61,790 bases of DNA, filler included, from Dugesia japonica (GCA_001938525.1; 6 parts of 6 records of this genome joined end to end with filler, not necessarily neighbours in it), one strand, 5' to 3'. Positions 1-14,845 are shown, counted from the whole stretch's first letter. Notes: a model not told the origin generated them from the letters alone. Numbers and translations are program-made.

Positions 1-32
<32 letters not shown>

Positions 33-1349
33 CATAGAAATAAAATTGTATCGGAATAAGTAGAAAAAGGAATATTAAATTAAAGTATTAGAATCAGACG
101 AGTCTCATTAGTATTATTATTTTTTATGGCAGTTTATAGGTTGGGGAAAATCACTAATGATAAAATGAATGGTGGAATCAAAATGAAATATTGTTGTTAG
201 TAAATCAAAACCGTTATTATTAGAAATAGTTATAATTGTTATTATAATAAAATGAAATAGGAACTATTGTTGGGGTTTTATCTAGGTGTGTTGGTTTTTT
301 GTAATTAAATCTTGGGTGGTCGGCCTATTAAAACCTCGTGAAGAATTTAATCTGGTGTCACTAGAAATCCAGATCTTCGGAATGGAGCAGTTGACTCGGA
401 ATCCGAGTTCAGACTCGCATTCCTTTGGTTTGTGTTCATACTTCGTGATACTCGCTTGATCCTCAAGACGTACTTAATTTCTATTGTCTATTGATCAGTG
501 CTTTTGATTACATATCTATGACTAGTCAACGTTTCTCCATATATATACTCGTTATGATGAGTGAGGTTTGAGCATATGTTCAAGTAGTTAAAGTGATGAC
601 TATTATTGATAATTTTAAAAGTCATTAGCGAAGGTTAAGTGCCATGTAAACTTATTATTATCCTGACACCCAGATTTTTATAACGGAAAACATCAAACAT
701 TGTTAATAATCTGTAAACTATATTAGCACGGTTTGTCACCAAGTCCATTACTAATTAACCTTACCTGTTCAAGCCAAATTTTCTCATTATTTTGGGTCAA
801 CAGTACTCTATGGGAGGCAGCGATTACTAGAAAAGAGAAGTTATTTTAGTTGGAAAATCTTTATTTTAATTTATCGTGAGCGAAGAACCATATTATACTA
901 GTTAACTGCTTCTAGTATGAACGTTTTTAATGGATTTATTTTACTTACTACTTAGTTACCAAAAGGTGAGTAAATTTAAGCTTTAATTACTGGTAAAAAA
1001 TCACCTTATCCTTAAAAATAAAAGAAATCCGGTTTTTTAAAATTATATTATTGTTAATACCACCATTTAGACATTTGATTGATTGTCATCTGAGTTCTTC
1101 TTATTGGCCCAAATTTTGGAATTCCAAAATTATTGGAACTCAATTGGTTAATCTTAAAACCCTTGTATCTTCTTTCTTAGTCTTGCTATTGTTTTTTAAC
1201 TTGAACTTTCGAAATCTCCAATTTTTTCTTGGCCATTATTTTCTTAATTGCTAATTTTGCATCATGGAAAATCTTCATTTTTCCCATATTTTCATATAAA
1301 TTTAATTAGTTACTAGAGTAAAATCTCAAAAAGACACTTTGGAGTCATT

Positions 1350-2852
1350 TGCGACCAAAATATATATAAAAACCAAAACAAAATCAAAAGATTGAAGCCG
1401 CGAAAAATTTTTCATGTCAAAACCGAAATGTATAACTGGTTTTTAGAAATGCGGCATAATCAAAATTTAGTTTCAAATGAGATATTAAAAGTAAAAGCGC
1501 TTGATGTGAATTAATCATTAAATGGATCAGAATTCTTTGTAGCTAGTGATGGTTGGCTTACAAAATTCAAAGAACACAATGGTATACGTACATTGTCTGT
1601 GTTCGGAGAGAGTCTGTACTGTAATATTGAAACAAACAATGTTTTCTTAAACTATTTCAACGGGATTGTGAGAGAAAACGACTTTCAACCAGAGTGTATT
1701 TCTAATTACGATGAAACTGGTCTTGTTTATGAAGGCTTACACAAAGAAAGCCAATGTCGCAGAATTGAAAAAAATGGCTGCTGGTAGGAAAGCCGTGAAA
1801 GAAAGAGTAACAATTATGCTTTGCACAAACGCAACAGGCTCACATAAGCTCGATCTAATGATGATAAATAAAACAAAAAATCCTCGATGCTTCAAAAATA
1901 TAGATATTACAAGGCTACTAAAATGCTTGGCAAACGAGTTCTAATTTTAAAGCCTGGTATATTGAGATCTTTATCCCTCAAGTGACTCTTCATTTACAAT
2001 TAAAAAATCTCCGAATCAAGGCACTGTTATTGGTGGATAATGCATCTTGTCATGGTACAGAAAACATGTTTAACGAGAATCCTAATTTCACGGTGATCTA
2101 TTTTTCTCTTAATAATACACCATCTTTACAACCATAAGTGTTATCAAATCGCTTAAACAGCGATATCGAAAGCATCTATTGATAACACTTGCAGCTCAGT
2201 CCATAGATGGTGGAATGATTTCAACACTTCAGAATCTATATTTGAAATATGTTGCTTTCTTAATTGTTCAAGGCTGGACTGAACTCCCGCAATCGATAAT
2301 TCAAAATTATTTTAAACATCTTTTTACTCAACAGAACCAGATTGATTCAAACTAACCAGGTCATAACGTTATTAATGAAGATGTTCATCTGGTGAAACTA
2401 TACAATTCAATTTTGGACGCCAATAAATTGTATAAAAATGAAATAATGGATTGGGCAAATAGAATTAATGAGACATTTGTTTTCACTCATATCGAGGAAA
2501 ATGATGAAACGATAAATGACGATATTATCACCAACGAAGAAAACGTTGTTACAAACTCTATGAACATCAAATAGGCTATTAAATCTTTCAACATAATGAT
2601 AGAATGGGCAGAGGAAAATGATCCTCCGCTTAATGAAATTTTAGCTTTGCAACATATTAGACAAAAAGCTGTACTTAAAAAATATAAGTAATTTGTGTTG
2701 TTGTAATAAATGTTTTGATTGTTCTAACTTTTTTTCAGTTGCATTATGAAAATTTTTTTTGAATCCTTTTTTTTGTATAAGCAACTTTTTCTATTTAATC
2801 AACTTTTTTAAAAAATTGGTTCACATGAGTTGCTTATATAGAGCGCTTACTG
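1350..2852 (+). mobile_element. Decayed Tigger/pogo (CENP-B/DDE_1) DNA transposon with right TIR
   Basis: Frameshifted motifs ASDGWLTKFK, NYDETGL, KERVTIMLCTNATGSHKL, KNPRCFKN, LLLVDNASCH; ends ...GCGCTTACTG followed by TA at 2853-2854. Confidence 0.9.
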
Positions 2853-3051
2853 TATAATGATTTTAGTGTGATATAATTTGATATAATATAGAGATTTCAA
2901 TATAATGTTTTTGATATAATACTTACGATATAATTGAGTTAAAGTTTATAATATAATGACGTTAATGTACTGTTTTTGATATAATGTTTATGACATAATT
3001 TGATATACTATTTTGATAATGTTTATGATATGATTTTATAATTACAATTAT

Positions 3052-3195
3052 TGTGAGAATAATTGTTGGACTTAACCGTTGATCGCATTTGAGATTTCAT
3101 TAAAATAAGATAAAGCTTCGATCAAAATAAAATTTGAACTGTTTTACAAATAAATTTTGTTTTGATCGAAGCTTTATCTTATTTTAATGAAATCT
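3052..3195. repeat. Palindromic dispersed repeat (44-bp arms, 16-nt loop); same family as 40040-40230, 53375-53590, 35443-35510
   Basis: 3092-3135 is the reverse complement of 3152-3195 with 1 mismatch; the flank matches 40170-40210 in reverse complement. Confidence 0.85.
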
Positions 3196-6100
3196 TTTAT
3201 GTTATGATGTTTTGATATATTGATATGAAGTTATTGATATAATAATGATGCTATAATGTTGATGGGATGATATAATAGTCTGATATAATAGTTATAGAAT
3301 AATCGTTTGATATATTAGTGACGATATAACACTTTCGATATCCTAATTAGGCGATAAGCATTCTGTTGTATTAAATAATTCTGATATGTTGACTATGTTA
3401 CTAGGATCTAAAATTCATCTTGTTAATTTATTAGAAATTTAAATCGATAACTATTTAACTTCACTAGCAATTTAGCATGACAATGTGATGAGAATTTTGT
3501 TAAAGTAAATGATCATGATTAGGTAACTTATTTAAACGAAAAATATATATTTCCTAACGAAAAGGCATTTTCTTTTATATAATTTTTTTGGAATAGATTA
3601 ATACTTTAAAATATGAAATAATGTGTATTTTTCAATACGAATTTCTTCGTTTAATTCAATTGCAATGTTAATAAAGTAAAGTATTAAAATCAATTTTGTT
3701 GGTACTAAAATTATGGCAATAATAATAAGTCAAGGTTTAATAATGATAATTTCAAGATAACCTGGTCGAATCAAACGAAAATTAGAGACAATATTATATA
3801 GAATTAATTCAAGTTATAATTAATCATTTAAAATTCTTTCCACGTGACTTAAATTCATGCCAAATAATTATGGGTGCATAGTGAAGGATGAAGTGGAAGT
3901 TCCCTAGATCAATAAGGGACTAGGCTCTCACAGAGAACTTCCAACTACTATTTCACTATCTTGTATAATAGCATATATACTGAACTATAAAAATGATCAT
4001 AGTTATAAGATGAGATGTGTGTTTACGATATTAAGAACGTTTATGAATAATATGAATTAAAGTGAATCGAATTATCATGCTAGAATATTGTTTAAACATA
4101 TGATGATTTAGAGATGTCGAAAAGAATAACCAAATCAGAAGCATTGAGATCATTGGAAGGATGGAATTTTTCTGCTCCTACACCAAATAACATGCCGATC
4201 CTATATGATTCGTGGGCGGACTATGACGCTGACCAGGTTACATGCTGGATGTCCGCCGACAAGTTACGATTAAAGGAGATAGAAAATAAAGATTTAAGGT
4301 AGGAGGTCATAAAATTAAAGATACAGTTAACTCAGAAGGAAGAGGAGGAATTCAAGCGTGCGCAGGATACTTGGAGACAGAATTCGGCGCTCGCAGACCT
4401 AAAGTTCCGCGTGTCACAACATTTCTTTGACCCACCACAGCATACTCCCCTCGGAACATTAATCGAACGGAAGATTTTTAGCATCAGAAAGTAGTGCAGC
4501 GTCTGGACAATCACGTCGAACGCGTAATGCTGACACTCGTCGCACATCTCAAAAATCTGGAAGAGTGTGAGATTTTTGCCGAAACAGATGTCTGACATTT
4601 TTTTACATGAAATTGTGATTATAATTTACTAATCGTTGTTCTGAGGTAGTTTGATGACTTGGTCACAAAGAGTAGAAAAAATAAGTAAGAGAATCTCATA
4701 TTAAAATTAAATGTTATTGATTTTACAATAAGTCGAGACTTACCTTTTTATATTAAACATAAATAATTAATTACATTGAGAAAGTAAATTAAAATACAAT
4801 AAAACTGTCAAAATTTCTATTACTTGAAAGGATCGAATCTAGGAGATTTTTTATGATTTGTTTAATTCACAGAATGTCAACGCGAACTACGAAAACATCT
4901 CAGGAGAAATTGTTGAACGATCAACAGATGGTTAGAGCCGAGATAAAGAAATTACAAAAATAAAACAATGAGCTTCGAGAGACGGTTTGGCCTCACCAGA
5001 CAGAAGTTATCAACATTAAGGGAACGATTCAGTGTGAGTCGTCGAAGGAAGCTTACATTCATTACCAACAACAGAATGATGGCCGAAATAATAAAATCGT
5101 CCGCGGATAGAGAAGCCGCCGTGCTCGCCACCATTAAAACATTATGGAAAGAGTACGAGACCAAAAAATCTCGGTGATGAGTACGTAATAACAGAGGAAA
5201 CTATTTTTTGATCTCCGTGATCGTTGTAAAAAATAAATGTATAAATGTCACAAAGAAATTTTCTTCTTAAAGTTTGAATCAATTAAACTGAAGCCATAAC
5301 ATCAGACCTTCTAAAGACGGGATACCGCGAAGTTCTACATGAACCACGGGTTAGATAGTCTCAACACAGGTGGTTTTGTAAAATATCTGATGGTTTCTAG
5401 GTATCTACTCTGAGAAAAGAAATTCGAGAAAGTAATACGAAAGCAAAGAGAATATTAATTAAAGAGAAAATTAATAGGTGTTTTACTGTTTACAGCAATT
5501 ATAATTACAGATTTTAGCGTAATATCTAAATAGTGATAACAAAGTCAGTGCACCGATAATTAGGCTCAGACATGATAGAAGTTGCCTATCGATAGTACAA
5601 TCTTAATAATTTGAAATTGCAGTGGTAGTTATGGCTAACGTTCATATCTTAGCGTGAGCTTAAAACAAAATTCAATAGATCAAGAAAAGTTATGCTGATG
5701 GATTATGAATTGACAAAATGCTACTACTATAACAGTAATGTAACAGTAACACGTTCTACCTACAACTTAACTAATATTTATATGAAGTTATTGACTGTCA
5801 CATATAGACTCTAAACACATTCATTGGAGATTTTGGTTTAGTCAGCAATCTAACTCTAATACTGAATCTGTGTGTATGTAATTCATTCGTGCTTATTGTA
5901 GCCTAATGAGATCACTTAGTAATACTCTGAATAAAGGATTATGTATAATAGTGGGGAGTTTAATGTCAATGGCATTAGTTCACTGATAAGTTAAAAGCGA
6001 CAATGATAGAATGAATTAGAGAAATAAGGAGTAAATACATATCGGCTAGTGTGTTACCTCATCATTTCTGAGTTGCATGTTTGTTGGTCAATTTAAAAGA

Positions 6101-9100
6101 GATTATGAGGAAGCATTGATTTTTATGGCGATAGTTGGGACTAGTAAGCGTAGGTAAAATTGTGAGAAGGTTGTCTTTGTCACTGCATTCATTTTTATAT
6201 TTTAATTATCTTATACAAAGTATTTTGCAGTCAGAATTAATCCTATTTTATTTCAATTTAATGATGACAACAGAAATAAAGTTTTCGAATAAACACAACA
6301 TTATTAAATATAAAAATAAATACACTAGCATGATAAGATTTTAATACAAAATGAACATTAAGATTCCTTGCTCGATGATCCTTCAGTGGATATCCAAAAA
6401 AAATAACAATAGTTGCAATTTTCAGTGAGTTTCTTCAACCTTTTATAATGACACAAAAATTTTATCTCGAAAAGGCTCAATAACTAGACTAAAACTTGAC
6501 AAAACTTCTAAATTTCAGGGGGATTTATATAGGTTACCTTTTGTAACTCATTTTTCTTCCGATTTATGAGTTATTTTAAAACTCATTATTTCCTCTTTAA
6601 TTGGCCCCTTATTTTTAAAATTCGAATTCTCTGTATCTGTCTTTGTTCTTTATTAGTTGTTATTTTAAGCAATTACATCATTTTTACTTCTTTGTTTTAA
6701 GTCTTTTTTCTGGTCTCTTATTGGCTTAATTTTTGTACTCTTCTCCTGGTTTTCCTGAAGGTTTCCTGTTTTTAAATTTATCAAAATCGTATTGTTCATT
6801 TTGAACGCTTAACTTTTTTTTTATCCCGTCATTTTCTGACCATCCTAAGTAAAGTTATTTGTCTTTTCTTCTTTTACCACTAACTGACCTTTATTTTTAT
6901 GTACTAATTAATTAATAATTTTTTTATTCGTTTTATTTCATTTTTTATTAATTTTTATAAATATGATTCGGTATTCTAATGTTTTAATAAAGTTAACCAA
7001 CTTTCTTCTTCTTTCGTATTCTAGTTATATTCTTTTTTTATTCTATTATTTCTCAATTAATTTCTAATTATTAGTAAATTAATTTGTTGCGATTCCGCTC
7101 CTTCTTACTTCTTTTTATTCCATTTCTAATTACATAAAACTCTGATTGTTTGAGGTCCCGCTTATTCCTATTATTACTTTTTCTGGGTGTTTCACCACAA
7201 AATTTATATTAGTTATGTCTAAAGTTATAAGGTTTAACATATTGTTGCGTTTCTTGGATTTTGATGTTAAAATTAAATTTACTTTTTTCCTCCATCTTCC
7301 TTTACATTTAATTATTCTGTCAACAGTCTAGAGCCATACCAATAATCCTCAAGCGATTACGTCGCCACTGTGACATGCCAATCAATTCTCGGGTTCCGTG
7401 CAATTTTGTGGTTTCGCGTCTTGCATTCTGATGCTATTGAACAATCTTACATCACTTGCTCAGTTTGTACCTCGTTTAGTCTTTATTTTATAAATCATAA
7501 TTAATCATTACATGATGAAACTGGTCATACATAATTCACAATCAAATTACAACAAATTCAGCTACAATTATTTATGTTTTACATTTACTCGCTGAGATCA
7601 ACAGTGTTTCCTTTAGCCACGCTTTCCTCTCTTGTCGGTTAGTCCAATGAGGGTATTAAGCATGGTGGCCTCACGGTTGGCGTATATTTTGATAACGTCA
7701 GCCATGAGGCGGCTGGCCTGTTGTAGTGCCAACTCTTTATCCTTCAGCTGTTGATATTTTATGTATTTTTGTTACCTGTTCTTTTAACCGTAGCACTTCG
7801 TTCCACCGCTTTCTGGGTTTCTCTTTTCATCTTGTTTGTGTGTTCAGCAACTCTTTTTAGGTCACCATTTTCTTACTCACTAATTAACGAACATCAATTG
7901 TCGTTAAAATACCGTTTCATAGAAAAATATGATCGTGTTATTTAGTCGATCATCTCGTTACATATTTAGAAAACTTGATTTAGTTGATTTTTTGAAACGA
8001 ATAAAAATAATACATCTGCCTCTGCAGTTTAAAGTAACCATAACTTTTCAATTATTCAATTCGTCTTAGTGTGACGTACATATCATTCTTATTAATTGAG
8101 TAAAACAACGAAATAATATTGAATCTTTATTTTGCTAAGGATTCAGTTTTGAATATGACGGGATCCCAGATCTCTATCAGGTCATAATTTTCTTGCATCA
8201 AGTTGGTCAGCAATCGTTCCTCAGCTTGACTCAAGCGCTTTCCTTGCTCAACATTACTCTTGATTGAAGCTGACAATTCTCCGAGAGCCAAGCATGTTTT
8301 TTTTGGGCTCGGTTTTCTTTCATCTTAGTTCTCTCCTTATCAACGCGTAGTGCTGCTAATTCCTGCTTTAGGCTGCGGTTTTCCTTTAGCAACTCCTGGC
8401 ATTGAACTTTCAAGGCTGACTTTTCTTTTTCAAATACCTCCTTTTTCCGTCGATCAGTTCTACGGTGCATCGCCAAGGGATCTAGAATTTTCCGTCTTCA
8501 TCATTACTTAAAAGCAGCGGGATATCTTTGCAAAAATATTCTGTCATTATCTATATTACATAAAGTTAATCATATTTTTTATTATAAACCTCAGGGGTCT
8601 ATTCAATTAATAAAAATAAAGGAAATCTAAATCAATACCACGATTTTTCAGCCTGTGGCCTATTATGCCTTCCAGTGGCGTAGACAGGAATAAATGAAAT
8701 GGGATTTATGTTCGGGATCATGGGCATAGAGAGCCAAGGTGGGGCTTGGGAAGATGCTCAAAATGGAAAATTTTAGTAAGCGGAACGCTAACAGTTTGAT
8801 ATTGGTGTTGCAAAACTGCGGGTCCTCGTGTTTACGAATGCGATTCCCAAAGGTGCGAGCGCGCGCGATTAGAGGGGCTGCAAAATTGTATAGTTATTAT
8901 TTTACTGATATTATGACACTGTATCTATTCATCATCATCACCGTTTTACGACCACCTGTCAAATGTCCAAACAAGCTTGGGTTGGTCGGCTGCTCCCCAA
9001 CAGCAAGACAGATAGCCAATTAAACTTTTAACTAAAACTTTTTAACAACCATATACTTGGTTTGGGAAGCTGGTCAATCAGCTATACTGAGGAATGCGAA

Positions 9101-9379
9101 ACAAAGTTTTACGCTGGATGCTCTTCCTAAGCAACCCCATTTTGAGGAAATGGATATCCTACACACTGAGAACAATGTATAGTTTTATGATGGCACAAAA
9201 CGAAAGTTGTAAAAGAAAGTATTAAAAACATCTGATGCCTAAAATCAGGAATTTTACAAACAAATATACAGATTTCATTAAAATTAAAAACTTCATATTT
9301 ATTTATTAAAGACTTTTAAGTTCAACTTTTGAGTAAACCACAGTCATCAACCAGCAAAATCTATGTCATTTTAAGCTAT

Positions 9380-9860
9380 AATGTAAAGTCCAAACGCCTT
9401 TTCTGTTTGATAAATTCATTGATCATTTCATCGGTAGTTTGGATATGTTCGCGATGGATAGTTAAAATAGCCAGTCCATTGAGTCGTGTTTCGCTGGTAA
9501 TGTTTCTAAGATGTTTTCAAACGTCGGAGAGTTGAAAATAAACGCTCACTCGTACATGTGGATGCGGGTAGTGTGGCTAAGATTTACAGCAGCTTTCAGA
9601 TATTCGGTTGCAATGTAGCATTACAGACTGCAAGGGCCTCTAAGGTATTTCTTGGAATACCATTTTGGCTCACACGTGATAGGTGACGATACCATAGCTT
9701 CATTTCTGTAATAGCCGAATCTACATCGCAATCTAGATCTTCAAAATAAAAATCAACAAGATGTTTAATGTCCTCCAACTGTTTACAAGATGGTGAATTA
9801 TTCGGATCTTTATTAATGAGACACTGGAAACCTCGAAGAAAACTCTTGTGGTTCAAAAAT
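9380..9860 (-). pseudogene. hAT transposase C-terminal dimerisation domain remnant
   Basis: ILATLPASTCTSERLFSTLRRLK...RLNGLAILTIHRE, with stops and a frameshift. Confidence 0.85.
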
Positions 9861-9865
9861 TTAGA

Positions 9866-10480
9866 TCATGGACCGTCAACCTGGGCGATATCGCCTACTA
9901 GTGGGCGTTTGAAAATATTTAGTGGGGGCTAGGATGAAAGTGGGCAGTGTGTGTGCACTATATGCATATGTGGGCATTAGCGTTTTCACAATTTATCTGT
10001 AGCCTATACCCAGCTGTAACTAGTAACTAGAATATATACAGACAACACCTTGTAGCTGAGCAGCTAAGTGAGAATCTGCACTCTTCATTGGAAGCTATTA
10101 TCCGTGCTGTAAACTAAGATCAATAGTAATTTTCTGAATGATCACCTCATTTGTCAATTATGAAAAAACAATGATGAACAACATAATCGACCTGTTCTTC
10201 ATACTGTAGTTTGTTGGTTTGTATAAAGATAACTAATTGACAAGATTTACAGAATCATTTGACAGTATTCTACTATCATTTGACTCAAATGGTGGAAGAA
10301 TTAAAAGCTCCAAAGAAAGATGCGTTGGGCGATACTTGGGCGAGAATTTTATCAATTTCCAATACTGGTCTCAGTGAGTGAAAAAATCAATACTAATAAC
10401 ATCGAAAAATTTGGAAAGCATCTGAAATCCTCGGAAGCTGACTTTTCAGCGCTCTTTTGCGATTTGATTGAGTTACAAAA
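9866..10480 (+). pseudogene. hAT (Charlie/Buster, ZBED5/SCAND3-like) transposase fragment
   Basis: HLVAEQLSENLHSSLEAIIRAVN...NDEQHNRPVLHTVVCW resembles the LLLHTEVRW region; multiple stops. Confidence 0.75.
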
Positions 10481-10894
10481 AATTAAATTTAAGTAACTTT
10501 AATATTATGTTTATATTAATAAGGGACAAATATTACATTAAGAAATTTAAATTACTATAAATAGTATTTTATGTTTTAGGGTCAAAAGAAAAAATAAATA
10601 TAATTACTAAAAATAAAAATATAATTACTAAAAACAATAAAATAAAAAATTATTTAATTTTAGAAATAAATTAAATAAAAATCAAAGATCAAACTAGTGT
10701 TGGGGTGAAACACCCGAATGAAGAGAATCAAAACCACGGGGGTCATCAAATGCGAGATAAGGAAAGTGAGCTACACAATTATTTTCCGAAAAACAACTAA
10801 AAGAAGGAAGAAAACGAGTCCAACTATTAATTTATAAACCAAAGGTTAAATGAAGAAGTTGACAGTAATGAATGTGAACATTACAACCAGCCAT

Positions 10895-10994
10895 NNNNNN
10901 NNNNNNNNNNNNNNNNNNNNNNNNNNNNNNNNNNNNNNTTAATTAATTAANNNNNNNNNNNNNNNNNNNNNNNNNNNNNNNNNNNNNNNNNNNN
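10895..10994. other. Artificial scaffold-joining spacer (44N-TTAATTAATTAA-44N); same spacer at 21048-21147, 33755-33854, 43585-43684, 52617-52716
   Basis: Five identical 100-nt structures with a core that has stops in all frames. Confidence 0.97.
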
Positions 10995-11079
10995 CGGTTT
11001 CGTTTAACACGGTGATCTGGTAGAACCTATCTTCCGTGTTAAGCGAGGGATGGGTGTATTTAAAAAAAGATTACAAAAC

Positions 11080-12232
11080 ACGATTTAGTAGTCTACTTTG
11101 TATCCCGGAAAGATCTCATTTGTTAAAATAATTGTATAAAGAAGGTACTGGTTAACTTTAATATTGACGATTCGTTAAAAATGATCGAATTTAAGTATAA
11201 AATTGTTTCAGATTTAGTTTGTGTTAGTCGAATTACAGAAACGGTTGATACAATTTGTAGACTCAATGCTAATTTAATAACTGCAGATAGTGCATTAGAA
11301 TCTATGTGGAAAAAACGGGAACTGCAAAATTCGAACATCAATCGTAAAATTCTTCGAATTAAGAAGCTTAGCTCAATATCTTCACAACGATAATAATGAT
11401 TAAATGTAAATGGCTGAAGCTTTTGTATCATCCACAGATACTAAAAACAAAAAACTTTTGTTGGAGCTTCGTAATCGATTAAATGCAATGAATTTAGCAG
11501 ACGGAGTTATTAAAGAAGTTGATGCTTCTGATGATATCACGAAAATACTTAGTAATGAGAAGTCTATGAGTGAGCAATTGTATCAAGCCCTGGAAAATGT
11601 TTTATATTACCTAGAAAACCCCAAAAAGATGGAAAATACATTATTGAAACTACAAAAAGAAATATCATTATTTGAAAGTGGTGGTACAAGAAGGTACTAT
11701 CTCCAAAGAGTTTATGATTTTTTAATGACGATTAAGCCTACAAGTGTAAAGTCCGAACTGGCGTTTTCAGCTGCTGGTTTGATATGCTCAAAAATTTGGA
11801 GCTGACTAAATAACGATACGATTGATACATTATGCTTTTAAGATCGTATTTTCAAAAATTAAATAATTTATCCTTTAATATATGTTTTAATAATTTAAAA
11901 TAATAGTAATTTAATATTTAATTTTTGTAATTTTAATATAAAATTTGGGCACAATATGTGAATGCAAATGTTCATTTTTGAATGAAATATGTTTAATTAT
12001 GTACTTTTATGTTTTAAAATGCAAAATAAATAAATGGATTATTTATTTTTAAATAACTTACATCAAGAAATATTAATTTTGTTGATAAAAAACCAATAAC
12101 ACACAATTAATGTACCGGTTTTCCATTGATGTAAGAAAATAAAAAATCCCGAATTTACCAGGATTTCTCGGTATTAAAATTTTCAACCCTGATTTCTGGG
12201 ATTAAAACTTTTCGGGATTTTTGCAAACCCTA
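11080..12232 (+). mobile_element. Decayed hAT transposon, 3' half with right end
   Basis: TIKPTSVKSELAFSAAGLICSK..LNNDTIDTLC (hATC domain); subterminal CGGGA/GGGAT motifs ending ...TGCAAACCCTA. Confidence 0.85.
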
Positions 12233-13855
12233 ATTCAAATGAATCAAATAATTATTTGAAGAAAAAGGATATCAAAAAGTAAATTTACTTGGAAGACAGT
12301 GAAATTGTTGGAACTACAAATTCTTTTTAATTATTTAGATTCTACAGCACTGACGCCAACAATACATGTCAAATTTCCTTATTTTGAACTTTTTGAAAAT
12401 ATATTAAAAAAATATTTTATTCCAAATTATCAAAAATAAGAATTCGAGCCAAATTTTTATATTCTAACCCAAATAAAACAATACGTGTAGAAATGTCTTT
12501 TACTAGTAATGTAATGATTTTAAAATATATGAAACAATTATTAAATAAATTTCATAACTATTTAGATTAGTGGTGGGCAAATGGTATGTCGTGAAAAAAA
12601 TTTATAAATTAAAAATAACTACACAACGCCAAGCTCATGCATCGCATTGATTTTCAATTTTATATAAAGAATAATAAGATTTTATTTTTCGTATGTTAGT
12701 GGGTAGATGGTAGCGCATCAGAATACTTCTCCCCTCCGACAAAGTGTTTCAAAATTTAGTCTTTTTAAAATTGCTGCAATTTGATGGGCTAACACATTTT
12801 AGTCGAAAAAAAATTATCGATTCCGAATTTCAGTTAAAGTTTTTCTGGGCCGAAAATGATTGTATGGTTTCAACCTTGGTAACATTCGACTCGGAATAAA
12901 AAGTTTTCTATACATAGTTTAACGGATTAGTACCGAAACATGTATCGTTCTCGAAATTGTGGGCCCCTAAAACCACGAGGCACATAAATAAATGGTATCA
13001 ATATTTTGCTTTCATGGAAGAAAATATGAAAAATCGACACATTGATCTACCAATTGTATTTGTTTCTAAAAACAAATACAAAATTTGACTAGTAGAGTCA
13101 AAATTTTCTTGATTATCGTTGCTTTTTTTCAGAGAAAACTGCAATAGATCGATTAGGCAAATCCCCTATAGCTAATATCGAACAAGCTGCAGTTGTTGCA
13201 ATAATATTTTGTTGATAATTTTTTGAAATTCTTAACATTTGGATTTTACTAATTTATTGTTTAATATCATTTTATATCAATTTTGTAAATCTAGGATTAA
13301 TTTCGCAGATTTGTCTATTTAATTATAATATTAGATTAGCTCTGATTTTAATTAAATTAAACTATTTTGTAAATTTTTCTGGCACGAGAATGTTAACAAT
13401 AAATCTTTAATGTCTATCAAAATTTAAGCGCAATTCTACAGAAAATAGATTGCTATTATAAATTTCATTTTATTCAATTTCCGGCTTAATTTTGATCTAA
13501 ATTTGTGTATAAATGACAAAAGTAATTTCAATTTTTAATATATCAATGGGTTTTGTGAATCTTTTACATAAATTTTTATAATAAACGTATTAACCCAATC
13601 AGAAATGACTTTTTGTCTTTTGATGAAAAAAAATATTTTATAGAATTCTGTTAATTTGGACAACACGAATATGAAAAATAATCTCAGGAGATGAATAAAT
13701 GTGTGCACTACAATTTAATAAATGAATAATAAATTTAATAAATAAGTGATAATAAAGCGAAGAATAACCTTCAAAACCAACGTTCAAATTATTATACATT
13801 TCAATGTGGTGTCTATAAGAGTTAAATAAGCTGTTTTCAACAAACTAAGTAATTA

Positions 13856-14211
13856 TAGGGGTCTACCGATATGCATTTGTGTCTATATTGGCGATACCGA
13901 TATTGCCGAAATGAGTATTTGTTAGGACAAAAACCAGTGGTCATATTTGATGACTTTCCAAAATTGCATTCAAACTCTAAGCATCCTAAAAGGCATTCTA
14001 ATTCTGATGCTAATACTAGATTCTATATTTCACATCGGAATCCACAAATTTGAGGCTACAATAAATTCCCTAATATTAGTGTTGTTGGGTATACACTGTA
14101 TTTTTTTTGTCAAAATGTTACTTATTATGAAATATCGGTCACGTTAATATCGGAACCTATACATGCTACCGATATCAATATTTCCGAAACCCTGATATCG
14201 GTAGACCCTTA
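13856..14211. mobile_element. hAT-family MITE with TIRs and 8-bp TSD
   Basis: TIR TAGGGGTCTACCGATAT / ATATCGGTAGACCCTTA (1 mismatch); TSD AGTAATTA at 13848-13855 and 14212-14219. Confidence 0.92.
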
Positions 14212-14476
14212 AGTAATTACTATAGTTATGAAATTTTCTCATAATTATTTTAGAAAATTATATATGAAGCAGAAACACTTCGTTATACTTTTTACACCAC
14301 AACTAGAAATTATAAGTAAAACTATAACATTAATATATTCATAAAAAAATATTTTTATAAAACAATTAATTTATAAAGATTTTAAACAAATATTTAAATT
14401 AATTTTCTAAAATTAAAAAATAATTTCAAAATATTAAATTAAACTAAGATAATCAATTATCTAAATGCAAGATTAT

Positions 14477-14845
14477 TAGGGCCTAACCAAAAATAAATGG
14501 CAACTTTTCCAATAAACACGATTGATTTTTCGCAAAATGCAAAAAAATACGGATTAATAAGGCAATATACAAATTTTGCATACATAGTAATATTCATAGT
14601 ATTATACATACAATAATGTAATAATATTAATATTTNNNNNNNNNNNNNNNNNNNNNNNNNNNNNNNNNNNNNNNNNNNNNNNNNNNNNNNNNNNNNNNNN
14701 NNNNTAAATGTAAAGATAAAATGCAAATAATGTTCAGCGTTAACATTTTTTACATGGAAAACAAATTTCACGTTTATTTTTCAAAATTATACTAATTTCA
14801 CGGCCCGTAACACATTTGTGTAATTGTGATTTTAGTTGGGCCCTA
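14477..14845. mobile_element. hAT-like MITE
   Basis: Ends TAGGGCCTAACCAAAA / TTTTAGTTGGGCCCTA; degenerate 8-bp TSD AAGATTAT/ATGATTTT. Confidence 0.7.
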
